Numbered from the stretch's first letter, positions 40,801 through 54,045 are shown. The stretch is DNA of 64,000 nt from Chiloscyllium plagiosum (GCF_004010195.1 NC_057722.1:27944094-28008093); one strand, 5' to 3'. Numbers and translations: made by a program. Notes: generated from the sequence alone by a model not told the origin.

Positions 40801-43800
40801 CCTTGGTTGAAGACATTGCACATTTAAATTTTACATCAATGCATGTGACTGGGTATTAGTAACGTTATATCACCGGACCTGTAATTTAACAGATACCTTT
40901 ATGAAGTTGATTCTCTTGTTTTCGACATTTTGCTCTTCTGTTCTGAAACCATACCTATACGGCAAAAAATGAAGGAATTTAGTGGCAGTGATTGGCAGCT
41001 GTATTTCAGATGTACGAGTTGGACTGCTCAAGCTGACAACTATGCTATGCAATATCCCGTCGGACTTATTAATTATTAATATGATTGACCTCGTTTATTT
41101 TAATTATCCGACTCTTACATGCACGTGCACGGCCGCCTCTTCGGAGAGAAACGATGGTTTCTCTCCGAAGCTCCGAAACCGAGAGCATGCGAGATCTTAC
41201 TTTTTCCTTGATTTTTCCTGCTTCAGGCGAAATTAGTTTCATGCCCCGTTACATTGCTAGCGTAGGTTGTCATCCCAGAAGCACTAGATAAGGTTTGATA
41301 CCTAATACTACACCGATAATGGTCCTGACATTTGAGAATGAGCTCCATCCAATAAGATTCGGCTCATTAGCAGACTAAAATAAAAGTACTATGTCTGTAA
41401 GCAAAATAAAATGTTCTCCTGATACTAAAGGATATCGATACCTGGTAATTAGCAATATTCAAGGTTAACATATCTATCTATATATTATCGAATGTTTATT
41501 CCTTTGTTGATTTTTGCAAGACAATATTGTGCTCACAAGGACACAGATTAAAACCCATACAATAAATACCACATTAATATGTTAAGCTGCTTTGCAATTC
41601 TCAAATGAAAGTCTGGTGTTTAATTATGCATGTACGATTTCGAATCATTTCTATCTGCAAGTACCATCACATGAGGAAGTTTTTCCAGAACCATACACTA
41701 ACAGAAAAATAAACGTTGCTCCGTTTCGGAACAGGAATACCAAATTTACTTTCTATCAAATTGAACTTCAGCGTTTTTCATCTTCAAATCACAATGCAAT
41801 GTTTAGTTAACAAACAGATTATTTGTTTAATATGCCACTCAATCTTATGAAAACCTTTGTTCTATCGTATTCCAGTGTCTTAATACAATATTTCATTGGC
41901 ATGTGACAAAATAGCAAATAAATCATACTGTGGGTACTAAAATGACCTTACAAAACAGTTAAAGGTATCTCTGATTGTTTCTCCAATGATTACTGTATCA
42001 AAATCCAATCTGCATAAATTTTTTTTCAGATTTTCAACACGCACGTTTGGGATTAGGTTTTGTTAACATCAGAGAGCCAATCAGGGTTGTCTTTAAAAGC
42101 GCAGAGACTGTTGGCAAAATATAGTTGCAGTTGATCTTGGCAATGCGTAAGCAATGACATTATAGCAGTATGTAGAATTGTTTTCGATAACTGGAATAGG
42201 TAACAGAGAAAGTTGATGAAGACGAATGATTTTAAGGCTCCAATTGTTATGACGCATTTTGAAATAATATTGTTTGAAATATGCAGTGCTGCATGTATAG
42301 CAAATATTGAAGACAGGAAAACTTTGTAGAAACTAATAGACACTGATCAATATAGCGTTCCATATAACAAACTAAAATTAAATTCAAATATTCGTAAAAA
42401 GGACTGCTTAGGATTTGTACAATGTACAAAGTTTATCCTCGCCCTTTCCGATGCGATAATGCAAAGACAAATGGGAATTTGAAGGAAAAATTGCAATTTT
42501 ATCGTGTACAGTGAAACTACAAGGAGTACGGAAAGCGATCGCAAAAATCTTACATCTCCCCACCCCCCAACCCCCATGGTTCTTGAAGCAACAACCTTTT
42601 TCTTTTGCAGGTCTGTTTGATGGTTTTGAACGCTGGTCGATTTGTTCAGGTCAAGTTGCTGCTAAGTTTACCTCGTTATCGTATTACAAGCTGGAAACCC
42701 CCCTAAGAATACTATACAGCTTGATGCAGATGGTACTGTAACAGAGGGCGCATGCAAGCAATTTCCCAATAGCAGATGCAGCTGCCGCTGGCCTATCAAC
42801 TACAACTTCTCCGAAACTTCCTGTAAATTAATTATCACTTCTTACGGCTCAAACATATTTAACTCATCATAGCGGTATACAGTGTCAACATCTGAAGGAT
42901 ATTTATGTAAACATATATAATTTTATTTTCATGCTGTGTAGATTTTCTCATTTGTTTCCTATGCACGTATATCTGATTATACATAGGACTGAATTACTTC
43001 TAATTGAAGTGTAACCTACAATCTTCGTTAAAAATAAATTATAAGCTCACCTAGTAAATTAAAACGTTGTGTTACCAAATTCAATTGAGATACTTTTTTT
43101 TTGCTATGTTCTAGTGTACCAGACGCATGTAACATATATTTGCCTTACTTGCACTCGGGCTTCTGACAGCCCCAGTCTCTGACTCAGCTCTTCTCTCATA
43201 AATGCATCCGGATAATGGGTTTCATCGAACAATCTTTCCAGCTCGTTTAGCTGCTCCAGTGTGAAGTTAGTCCGACTTCGCCGTTGCTTAATTTTTGTCT
43301 GCGCTTCTTCTTCTACTGGTTTGGGGTCTTCTTTTCTATCTTTAATGTCACCGCTTCCTATAAATGACCATCAAACGCTCTAATTACACAACTGTTTAAG
43401 GTCCAGTTAGCGCAAGAATGAGTTGGACCGAGCATATAAAAAGTTATCAAGTAACTGAAACTAAAAGCAAGTTGCTTCCATTGTAATTACGTTATGATAA
43501 CATTAATTAACGTAACTTCTGTCTTTTCCAGTGCACTTGTCGTTGAATTATGTGTAGCTTTCTCCATCGCCACGTGGTAACGTTTTAATCCTTAAAAGAA
43601 AGCTCATCGTTCAGTATTTTTAAGTGTTTTATTCCAGGCGACTTTCTATCATTGTCCAAGTTAACCTTCTGCTTTCATTTTTTTTTGTACTAGGACACAC
43701 TAACGTAATAAACTTCGATGTTCATGGCGTCAGCCACGTTATCCTTATTAAGACAATACACAGCACATTTGAGTATTACAAATGTATTTATCACAAATAA

Positions 43801-45827
43801 CTTGGTTTAATACATTTTAATTTAATCTCAATCATTTAAATATTCTAAATGCGTTGCTAGAAATTTACTTTACAGCTACTTTCTCTAGCTTGCTCACTCC
43901 TTTATTTGTCGACAAGAATCAAAATCTGCAACTTGTGTTAGTTTGTGACAAAAAACCAATTTTGAACAGCTGAACTGCTATGTTTACAAACCATGATGTG
44001 GAATCTGTTAAATTATAGCTAAACAAACATTTCGACCTTTAGATTTGATCATATGCTTTTGTTTTACGAAATGTATAAGCAGTGTCCCAATACGCAACGA
44101 GTTGAGGCTCGAATACTCTGGTATAACGTATACATTAACCAGGTTACATAGTATTCACAACCTATTTTGGTCATCGCATTTTCAACCAGGACACCTTGTA
44201 TTAGGACGATCTTTATTCCGATTGCTAAAGTGTTCGCATTTTTTGAAAGAACTAAAAATACAACGTTTACAAAGTGTCCACACGAAGTACTGTACAGTGA
44301 CATGGGCATTAATGCGCTTTGTTGCCCGAAGCTCCGGAAACTTGCTCACCGGTGCCATTATCATGATTATTGTTTGAATGAATAGTACGCGTTTTTAAGT
44401 GGACCAACATCTGTCAACTATATGTGTACATTAAACAGTGGTGAGAAATAAACTGTGCCACACATTACGGATAACGTTAAAATGTGAAACATTGCACCTC
44501 GCATGGGAAGGCAATCACGATTTCTTTTGTTGCTTCAAAGTATTGTGAAGTCAGATAAAAGGAGCAAAAGAAATCGAGCAAAATTGCTGTTTGAAAACGT
44601 TGTCTGCACCTAAAATGTAATGACATTCATTATATTAAGGAGAGCTGATTCATTTTATTTAACTATAAGGATCTCATTTATTATCGTAAATTAATTTACT
44701 GAAGAAAATATCGCAAAATGATTAATGAAGTGAATGTAGTTCGGGAGCTTAGTGGGTACTATATTTGCATTGTTGTAATAATGTTCGATAGTAAGTTTAG
44801 CAAACACAAATAGACAATATTCTGTAATGTGAAACATAGCCAATAAATATTGCGAAGACAAAGATTGTTTAATAAGTGCTCTTCTAAATGGCGGCCTATA
44901 TAAAGTGACAGGATTTGTTTGTTAAATCATTTCTGGAAGATGATTTGGAATTGTATTCCTATTTCAGTAACGTGGGGGAAACTTAGTTGTACAGCGTCTA
45001 CTCTAAATATGTGAACAAGATCTGTGCCGTCATTGTCATCTATCTATCGGCAAACGTCTATAAAAAAAGCAATGCATTGCAACTGACGTTGAATGTTTCT
45101 TTGCTAAACCACAACCGTGATACTATTCTCAGTATATCCAAATCAAATCTGTTTAAAACCGATATTAAGCAAATTACACATTCTTTAAAAACAGAAACCT
45201 GAAGAAGCCATTAAGTTTTTCGCAATAATCAGATTGACCGAATCTTTCTGTAAACATGCTGGCCTCTCGGTATTATCGCGGACACATTCCGCTTTGCTTA
45301 CTACCATGCAACTTTCACTATTTTATTTAAATCATGAATTGTATCGTAATTAAACACCAATCGTATATAGTTACGATGATTTGAGTTATAAAAAGAACCA
45401 CTGACTTTTAAATGAGTACGTTAACAACTCTATACTTCGCTGTAAATTTGCTCATACTCTTTGAATTTAAGAACAAGGTTCACATCGAGGAAAATAGTAA
45501 GTCCATACAATGACATCGCATCACGCGGGCCGTCTAAAGACACGCTAACTACCGCGTGTAAGAGTATGAGGCTTGTTTACCCGGATCGGTCAGTTTCGGT
45601 GTGCCGCTGTCCCGCGGTCTTTCTGGCCCGATCTCTGGCTCACTGCTCGGGGATCGAGACGCCCCACGCTGCGCGCTGATCATTTCATCCCGGCTGCCTT
45701 CACTCAGACTCGGCTCCCGAGCCCGCACAGGTCCGCTCTCCAGAACTTCTCGATACGTGATCCCATCCTTCTTTTCTTTCACCTTTTGATCAAAAGACTT
45801 CGAAACAAAAGCTGTAAGTTCTTCCAT
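37579..45827 (-). CDS. SHOX2: Short stature homeobox 2, complete 5-exon CDS join(45827-45581,43357-43149,40954-40897,40481-40393,37857-37579), 293 aa
   Basis: Hand-spliced exons of 247+209+58+89+279 nt stay in frame: [20 protein letters not shown]..., paired-type homeodomain [61 protein letters not shown]-terminal OAR motif [42 protein letters not shown] and the [11 protein letters not shown] segment match SHOX2 rather than SHOX. Confidence 0.96.
38645..38752. mobile_element. Fold-back fragment of the same family as 31730-31926, in SHOX2 intron 4
   Basis: GTTAAAAATCACACAACACCAG...CTGGTGTTGTGTGATTTTTAAC inverted pair; no hammerhead retained. Confidence 0.72.
38808..39370 (+). mobile_element. 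CR1 3' end in SHOX2 intron 4 (antisense to gene), small Penelope piece at ~39255-39310
   Basis: [26 protein letters not shown] (ORF 38823-39110). Confidence 0.87.
39375..39690 (+). mobile_element. L2-like LINE 3' end
   Basis: GCAGTTCAAGAAGACAGCTCACCACCACCTTCTC..CCCATGAA tail, shared with the Deu-SINE tail. Confidence 0.65.
40393..40481 (-). CDS. SHOX2: SHOX2 coding exon 4 (89 nt, GC donor)
   Basis: Acceptor CTGTAG|; [29 protein letters not shown]; donor CAG|GCAAGT. Confidence 0.94.
40897..40954 (-). CDS. SHOX2: SHOX2 coding exon 3 (recognition helix, 58 nt)
   Basis: Acceptor GTATAG|; [19 protein letters not shown](G); donor AAG|GTATCT. Confidence 0.96.
43149..43357 (-). CDS. SHOX2: SHOX2 coding exon 2 (homeodomain N-terminal part, 209 nt)
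   Basis: Acceptor TTTATAG|GA; [31 protein letters not shown]...LSEARVQ; donor CAA|GTAAGG. Absent from the ORF track. Confidence 0.96.
45581..45827 (-). CDS. SHOX2: SHOX2 coding exon 1
   Basis: ATG in strong Kozak context (ACAGCCATGG) at 45827; [32 protein letters not shown]...PKLTDP; donor G|GTAAAC, phase 1, matches the next exon. Confidence 0.93.
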
Positions 45828-46320
45828 GGCTGTTCGGAGGAATATGTCCCTGTCTGTTCTTATTCTCTCCAATACATCAACCGTGCAATGTTTATCTGTG
45901 GTACGTCGTCTTGGAGTTGAAATGCAAACCTGATCTTCCAGAATTCGGTTGCTCGGAGATGTAGATCTAGTACTGATGTGCTATTGAAGTCAGACTATTT
46001 ATACTTTGCAATGCTTGCCCAGCTGCGCCCCTTGTACTCAGCAATTACCTCCCCTTGTAGTCTTGATGTGTCCCCACTCCTGGAACACAGTTATCATCAG
46101 CCCCTGGGCTGCAACTCATACCTAGCGGCTGCTATTGGCCATTAATCCACCACTGACAAGCATTCGTAATTAATTTAATTAGCGAGTATTACTGCTATTG
46201 TTATTACTTAGCTAAACACGGGGGAGCTGGGATGGCACCGGGGTGGGGCCAAGAGGAATGACACATCGGAGAGCGCGGTGACTGGATCGTCCCTAAAGCC
46301 GGCGACATTAAAACACCAAA
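45828..46320 (-). promoter_or_regulatory. SHOX2 5' UTR / proximal promoter
   Basis: CpG-rich, directly upstream of the ATG; CCAAT (minus, 46138-46134), TAATCC (46143-46148), TGACA (46154-46158), TAATTTAATTA (46171-46181). TSS not determinable from sequence. Confidence 0.55.
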
Positions 46321-47638
46321 GCACGCTAAAATCAGGTAAACTTTTGATTTGCTTATGGTAGATCAACATGTTATTTACAGGTTACACAACGGTTAACAGC
46401 AGGATGTTTACACAATACACGCACACTTATGGAATACTTTCAAAAATGCATACATAATGCTTGATCTTTTTTCTCCTGAATCGTATCGGTTTACGTTAAA
46501 TGCTTCGCAGTTGTTTTCATTGCTAATTTACATTAAATGAATGCTTACGTCGTAAATATCAAGATTGTGGTCACGTTTCTTTATTGTTGCTGGAAATAGA
46601 AATGTACAAAAAAGATTGTATTACTTCAGTTGCTGTGTTCTTGAAAGTATTTTAAATCATCAGCTGGCAGGTATTGCACCTGATAACGTGTGGAAACATT
46701 TTTTAATGTCGAATTTTTTGAGAGAAGCGTACACATTATGGAGACATCCGCTGCTCAGTGCAACGTATGTGGAGATGCTTTATGTGTGTTGTATGTACAG
46801 TATTTATACTTTCCTTAACTACATAGAAAGTACAAAATTGACCATTCATCGAGGCCAGGTTATGAACCAAGCTTTCTCTTTGTCCAATACGTTTGTGCAA
46901 AACATGAAACATTAGAAATTTTATAAGTATTGAAGAATATGTCGTTGCTGTAACGTTTTTTAAAAATGTTTATGCAGTTTTTTCCTCTTAAGTACTGACA
47001 CTGGCATGCGTAGTTGACTGAAACCCGAAGTAACTTAGCTTGCAATACCAACATTTTCAAATATCTCATGACGGTTTGAAGATGAACAATTTGCACTGTT
47101 TAGGTTGTATCTCGATTGGATCAATCACGTGCATTTCTCTTATATTTTTCGTCAACTTAATATTTGGGGATATCAAATCTCGACCCTTCGTAGAAAATGT
47201 ATCGAATTATCACAAAGGTGACAATAGCATTTAGTTGGATACATAACTGTGCTCTATCTCTTTAGATGCATTTTCTGACTGATTGAGACTAATATTTTGT
47301 TGAACGTTCCAACAGGGTTGCATTTATTTAAAACATATTCCATGTTCCCCATCTGAAAAAGCCGATTTGATGAAATTTGCCTGTGATTTTAATTAGTAAA
47401 AGAAAACTAGAGGGAACCAGCGATGAATGCGTCATCGTCTTAACATTGATGTGGAGATCTAATATTTTAATGCAGTATGCCAAAAATGTACGTACACAAA
47501 TTTGTTTTGCTAAAACAGAAACGTTGCAATTTCTAATGGCTAATGTTTACATAGATCCTGTAGTTCTGGATGTTTTGAAAAAATGAATTCGAAGTTTACA
47601 ACAAGTTGAACTGTCAAATGACGAACACAATTTTATGG

Positions 47639-47786
47639 ATAAATAAAGCAAAGAACTGAAAATGCTAAAAATCTGAAACAAAAATAGAAATTTATTGGGA
47701 AATTCAGCAGGTCTGGCAGCATCTGAGGAGAGAGAAATGGAGTTATCGTTTCGGGTCTAGTGACCCTTCTTCAGAACTTTCTTCAT
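47639..47786 (-). mobile_element. Penelope-type mini element (third family) with hammerhead-like core
   Basis: Minus strand AGTT-CTGAAGA-A-GGGTC/ACTA/GACCC-GAAA-C-GAT-AACT (triplet mutated); 10-bp TSD AATTTTATGG at 47629-47638 and 47787-47796. Confidence 0.72.
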
Positions 47787-48302
47787 AATTTTATGGGTGT
47801 TCTGGACTTCACAGAGAAACACTATTTGGATTGTACCAAACACGTACCACCATCTTCCAGTGTTTTTCACGGGCACATGCAACATTGCGTTTTAATTCTG
47901 ATGTTTTTCTTATTACTTCACAAATAAAATACAAATCGTTCTCAAATTTGTTGAATACGAAAAACAATGTCAATGGGCACTAAATTAAAGATGGCTTGTG
48001 AAAACCACCACAAAAAAATCCTACGTATGCGAAAGCACAACATCGTTCCGAATGCGATTTTGGTTTAAAATTACGCAAGGTAATTACTGTCAGTGTATGG
48101 CAAATACTAAAATATAAATACCATAAATTCCTACGCGTTGTCCTGAAGTTATTTAGGGCAGACATTGGTTCAGTCTACAAAACTAACTGATCTGTTAGTG
48201 TTTGATAATTTGATAAATAAATTTAATATTCATATGTCTGCAACATCTATTTGAACATTATTTTAATCCACAAATCACAGTTTTATGTGCAAGTTGTTTC
48301 TT

Positions 48303-48802
48303 NNNNNNNNNNNNNNNNNNNNNNNNNNNNNNNNNNNNNNNNNNNNNNNNNNNNNNNNNNNNNNNNNNNNNNNNNNNNNNNNNNNNNNNNNNNNNNNNNN
48401 NNNNNNNNNNNNNNNNNNNNNNNNNNNNNNNNNNNNNNNNNNNNNNNNNNNNNNNNNNNNNNNNNNNNNNNNNNNNNNNNNNNNNNNNNNNNNNNNNNNN
48501 NNNNNNNNNNNNNNNNNNNNNNNNNNNNNNNNNNNNNNNNNNNNNNNNNNNNNNNNNNNNNNNNNNNNNNNNNNNNNNNNNNNNNNNNNNNNNNNNNNNN
48601 NNNNNNNNNNNNNNNNNNNNNNNNNNNNNNNNNNNNNNNNNNNNNNNNNNNNNNNNNNNNNNNNNNNNNNNNNNNNNNNNNNNNNNNNNNNNNNNNNNNN
48701 NNNNNNNNNNNNNNNNNNNNNNNNNNNNNNNNNNNNNNNNNNNNNNNNNNNNNNNNNNNNNNNNNNNNNNNNNNNNNNNNNNNNNNNNNNNNNNNNNNNN
48801 NN
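48303..48802. other. Assembly gap (500 N)
   Basis: Run of N; the round length suggests a placeholder size. Confidence 0.99.
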
Positions 48803-49394
48803 GCGATGGTGACCAGGAGACACCTGAGTCCTGTGGTTGAAAAGTGCACAAGGGGTGTGCTGCTGCTGTCTGCGATCTGCAATTTGTTTTTTCTAACTTG
48901 TGTTTTCTGGCTTTGCCTGTACAGTACAATGACTCTGGCATGACTAATATTTCCATTACACAAATCAGAAAATGCTGTTTACAAAAATGGGCACTGCTAT
49001 TCAAAGCGCAGCTTTGAGCTTTACCTTCAAAGATTATAGAACAACTTGAATCTGCTGCATTTCTGATATATTTTTATTGTGTTTCAGCTTCAAAAAAATC
49101 TCCTTTACCTGTCAAAGATGTGATCTCTCTTTTTTTTGTTGACAGGATAATAGACTGGAGTATCTTATTGTTTAATGTGCCCCCTGTTTGGCATGGGTTC
49201 ATACAGTGTAAAAAGTACTATTTTAAAAGTCAGTGACGTCTTTTTGCTGGAACCTAAGAGAATAATCCTTTAATCCACCCATGCAAATTTTATTACTTCC
49301 CAAACCTACAATTCTGTTTCAAAAGCAAGACATTGTGGAAATCTTTAAACAAAACACAGAAAATACTGGCAATACGTTTTTTTTAAAAAAAGAA

Positions 49395-49625
49395 TTCTTT
49401 CATGTCAAGGCTGGCATTTGTTGCATAATCACCCTTGAACCAAATGGCTTTCGAGGCCAGTTTAGAGCCAATGATATTGTTTCAAGGCATGTGGGCCAGA
49501 ATAACAGATTTATTTCCCTAAGAAGCGTTAGCAAACCTGTTGGGTTTTTACAGGAATTAAGAATCTAAACATATAAATTAGAATCGCCTGCTCTCTGGCT
49601 CCAGAACATACAGTTCTCAGCAACT
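49395..49625 (-). mobile_element. Degenerate Deu-domain SINE
   Basis: GGCTGGCATTTGTTG..GCATGTGGGCCAGA similarity to 20965-21300. Confidence 0.5.
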
Positions 49626-50429
49626 ATCCCAAAACATCCTATGACCTCCCCATATAGGCTGCAATTGCCCATCTTATTTATCCAGTCTCTATAATGTAGT
49701 TTAAAATCAGACATGATTATTGCTGAGCCTTTCAGACAAGCTCCCATTACATTTTCCTTTACAATCCATCAAACCATGGGATTACTATTAGGAGGCCTGT
49801 GCACGATTTTCACAACTGACTTTTTGCCTGTTTAATTCCTTGTCTGTACCCAAACACTTCTACCTCCTAGTTTTTTTAACTTAGGTCATTCCTCTGCACT
49901 GACCTATCCTTCCCCTTTTCCTGTCTTCCTGCCAGTACACCCTCTAATGTTGTTTTCAGTGTGTGAACCTCTGAGATCTGTGTGTGACACCACCTTCTGA
50001 AACTAGAAGTCAATGCATTGGCTTGGCATGTGTGCATCATCAGACAAACTTTGGAGCAGCTACACAACTTGAAAGGGAGTCTTGCTTCCTGTCTTTACTG
50101 AATATCATGTGCCCTCCAATATTCAAATCCCAGTTGATGTCATCCCGAAACCAAGACTTTACAATGCTGTGATTGTATTTATTTATTTCTATTTGCATTA
50201 TAAATTCATGGTGGTCATACCGAGGCTGGCTTTCAATTCAGATTTATGAATTGAACTTCACTAGCTACCACGGCAAGGTTTGAATCCAACTGTGGAAAGT
50301 GAACCAGAGTTAATATTTCTAATTCTTTCATTGGATATCATTGCTCAATGTCCCTGAAATTGTTGCAGTGAACCTCCTTCAACTGGTGCAATCCATGTAG
50401 TTTAGGTAGAAGTAATTAGGGGAGGAAAT

Positions 50430-50825
50430 ATCTTAGTAAAAATTGAACATGTTTGGCCCGTAATCGTTGGAGTTTAGAAGAATGAGAGGTGATTTTATTG
50501 AAATGCATATGATTGTGAAAGAATTAGTTCTGAAAAGTTTTTTTTCCCCTTTGGGGAGAGTAGAACTCGGGACTACCAATAAAAAGTAGAGTCTGAGGAT
50601 GATCACATGGACAACTGTTTTCATGAGGGTTGTTAGTTTAGAATTCTCTTCAGTGGTGGGAGGTAATTGAATGTTTAAATCTGCTGTGGATAGATTCTTC
50701 TTTACGAAAGAGTCAAATGGAATGGAAGTAGACAGCAAAATAGAAACCACAATCTGAGCGACCATGATCTTATCAAATGGTGGAGCAGACTCGAGGGCCT
50801 ATTCTTGCTTTTAATTCATATGTCT
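50430..50825 (+). mobile_element. Old CR1 3' end
   Basis: TTGGAGTTTAGAAGAATGAGAGGTGATTTTATTGAA (LEFRRMRGDFIE). Confidence 0.65.
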
Positions 50826-51654
50826 GGAAGCATGTTCTAGAAGTTTCCTCCAACCACATTGAAGGAAAAGTGATATAGTTCCAAGCCACTTAGTGTATAA
50901 CTTGGAGTAGGAATTTGCAGGTGCTTCTGTTGTCATGCATATCTGGCTACTACCCACATTCTTGGTGGGTGGTGGGGATTGTGGATTTGCATGCTGTCAA
51001 CTGAGTAAGTTACAGTACATCTTGTACATGGTGGAAGGGGTGCATACGAATGATTGTGGACAGATGCTTTGTTCTGGATGATGTTGAATTTCTTGGGTTT
51101 TGGATCTGCACCCATTCTGATTGCAGGAAAGGATTGCATTACCCTGTGGACTTGTGGATGGTGGACGAGTTCTGGCAAGTCAGAAAATGAATTGCTCTCA
51201 TCTGTGACTTTCTCTTGAAATAACAGCAGTTATTATTGATACCAAAGTATGATTTTAAAATACTAAACTGTTTTTTGAGTTCTCTCAATTAGCACAATTT
51301 TTCTCAATGTCACAGTCCTTCACCCTAGTGTGGTATAACTCTGCACATAAGCCAAAACTTTGGAAGGATGAAATCTGTAATTTTATTATGAGGTCATTCT
51401 TGCAATTCAGTTAGATATTATTTGAAAAGTTCATGCAGACACTTTATGTTGTACTGAAATCTGAGGAGAAAAGCCAGAGTCTATCTGCGTGAAAATTCCA
51501 CATACGGTGATATTGAACAGGAAATATAGTATCATCATTTGTTTTGGACTGAATTCATATCTATTTAATAAATGTAGATATCCTTGTCAATCTACTATAT
51601 TAGGTTATTGAGCAGATTTTCTGGATGAGTTTTAAAGTGTTTTTTTCATTACAA

Positions 51655-54045
51655 GTATATGAGTTAGGAACAGGAATGCGCGACTTTGTCCTCCGAACTT
51701 ACATAGCCATTCAATAAGATTGTGGCTGTTTTGATTGTAACCTCAAAGCTGTATTCCCACCTCCTTTATAACCTTTATCTCTTTGCTATCTCTAATCTAT
51801 CAACTTCTGTCTAAAAATATTCAAAGATTTTGCTTCCACCACCTTTTCAGGAAGGGAGTTCCAAAGGCCCTCAGAAGAAATGTTTAGCCTAATCTTGTTT
51901 TTAAGTGATGAACCCTTATTGTTGAACGTCAAACTCTAGGAATAGATTCTTTCGTGAGAGGATGTATCACCCTCTTAAAACTCCTGAGGTTCTTGTATGT
52001 TTCGATTAAGTAGACTCTTATTCTTATAACTTCCGGCAGATACAAGTTTAGCCTGTCCAACCTTTGCTCATAGAACAGCCCGCCTATTCCTGGTATTAGT
52101 CTGGCAAACCTCCTTTGAACTGCTTCCAACACTTTCTTTATACATACTTCCTAAATAAGGTGACTAATACTGTACACAGTGCTCCAGATATGATCTCATT
52201 AGTGCCCTATATAAGTGAAACACAACCACGTTACTTTTGTGTTCAAATGCCTTTGTAATAAACAATACATTCTATTAGTTTCCTTGATTACTTGCCATAC
52301 CTGCATATGCCTTTTGTTTTCATGCACTTGGATCGTCAGATTATTCTGCATGTCAGCTTTTTAATCTCTTGCCATTTAGATAATATAATTTATTTTTCTA
52401 AAATGGACAATTTTGCATTTTCCCACATTATGCTCCATTTCATCATTCTTTGTCTGTTCACTTAATCTATTTTCTTTTGTAGTCTCCTTATGTCATCTTC
52501 TCACCTTATTTTCCTAACTACCTTTTGTTATCAGCAGACTTAACAACCGTACTTTCGGTTCCTTCGTCCAAGTATGAGTTGTAAAAACTTGAAGCTCCAG
52601 CATTGATTCGTGCGCCATACCACTTGTTAGATTTTGTCAACCAGAAAATGGCCCTTTTATGCCTATTGTTTTTAGTATAAGCTAGCCAATTTTCTGTCCA
52701 TGCCAATATGTTACCTCTTACACCATGCAACAGCCAGGTTTTGCAATAGCCTTTGATGTGGTGACTTATCAAATGCCTTCTGGAAATCTCAACAAAGTAC
52801 TTTCTCTGGCTCCCCTTTACCCACTGAGCATGTTCTGACTTCAAATATCTCCAATACATGGTTTTTCTTTTACAAAATCATTTGAACTCTGCCTTCAATG
52901 TTTTTATATGCCCTGCTATAATGTCTCTAAAACAGCTTGCAGTGTTTTCTCTATGACATGTTCAGCTACCAGTCTTGTAGTTTCTGTTTCCCTCCCTTTA
53001 GATTAAAGGGGTTTCATTGGTTACTTTACAATCTAATGGGACCATACCCAAAGTCTAGGGAAAATTAAAATCAATGCATTGACAATCACACTTGCCACTT
53101 GTTTTAAATGTTTGGATGAAGTCCATCAGGACTGTCAGCCTGCAGTTCCAACAGTTTACCACTTAAGTGGTAATTGAATTTTTCTGGGGTCCTCCCTCAC
53201 ATTTATTTCCTGATTTTCAACTATTTTTGGGATGTTACTTGTATACTCTATGATAAAGATGATTGCAAAATATCTGTTCAGTTCATTTGCCTTATTTTCC
53301 ATTGTTAATTCTCCAGATCCATTTTGAATTGTGACTATTGCTCAATTTGTTAACTCTTATTTTTAGCAAATCTATAAAACCTCTTACTATCTGTTTTTGT
53401 ATTTCTAACTGGCTTTCTCATGTGTTCCTCTCCTTATTTTTCCTCCTCATTAATAGCTTAAGCATTCTTGGATGTTCTTCATATTCTGACCAGTCTCTGA
53501 CCTGTCAACTGTATTTGTGCAATTATACGGTTTTTCTTTAAATTTGATTCTACCTTTAATTTGTTAACCATAATGTTGACTCCTTGCCATGGAAATGCTC
53601 ATTCTTGTTGGAATGTATCTGTTTTGTATATTCTGAAATATCTGTCCTTTGATCTCTATTGACCTGTCCCTTAACTTTATTTTCCTGTTCACTTCAGCTA
53701 ACTCTGCCTTCATAATTGCCCTTATTAAAGTTTTAAAAAACTCGTCCTGGATCCAGTCTTCTGCCCCTGAAACTAAATGTAAAATTCAATCTTCCAGTGA
53801 TCACCACTCCCTTGGAATGCCTTCACCATGACATAATTAATTCTATTTGTTGTACAATACCAGATCTCTTAATATCTCCTGTCAGGTGATAGGTTCTGGA
53901 ACATGCTGTTCTGAGAAAGTATCCTGAAAACATTCTGTGAACACCTCATCGAGGCCAACCTTGCTTATTTGATTCATCCAGTCTACATGTACATTAAAAT
54001 CCCTTGTAATTATTGCCTTACCTTTCTGACAAATTCCCATTATTA
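51655..54045 (-). mobile_element. Old CR1 LINE (endonuclease to 3' tail), decayed
   Basis: LEAVQRRFARLIPG, GVRGNILAWTENWL, KSADNK, IITRDFNVHVDW. Confidence 0.8.

Noticed and set aside
42735-42756. CTCF-like AACAGAGGGCGC
   Set aside because: Only the 3' half of the motif matches.
37579-45827. Calling the gene SHOX
   Set aside because: N-terminal [21 protein letters not shown] and the 12-aa [11 protein letters not shown] segment fit SHOX2.
48251-49004. Long ORFs of 175-248 aa
   Set aside because: They are made of X residues from the N gap.
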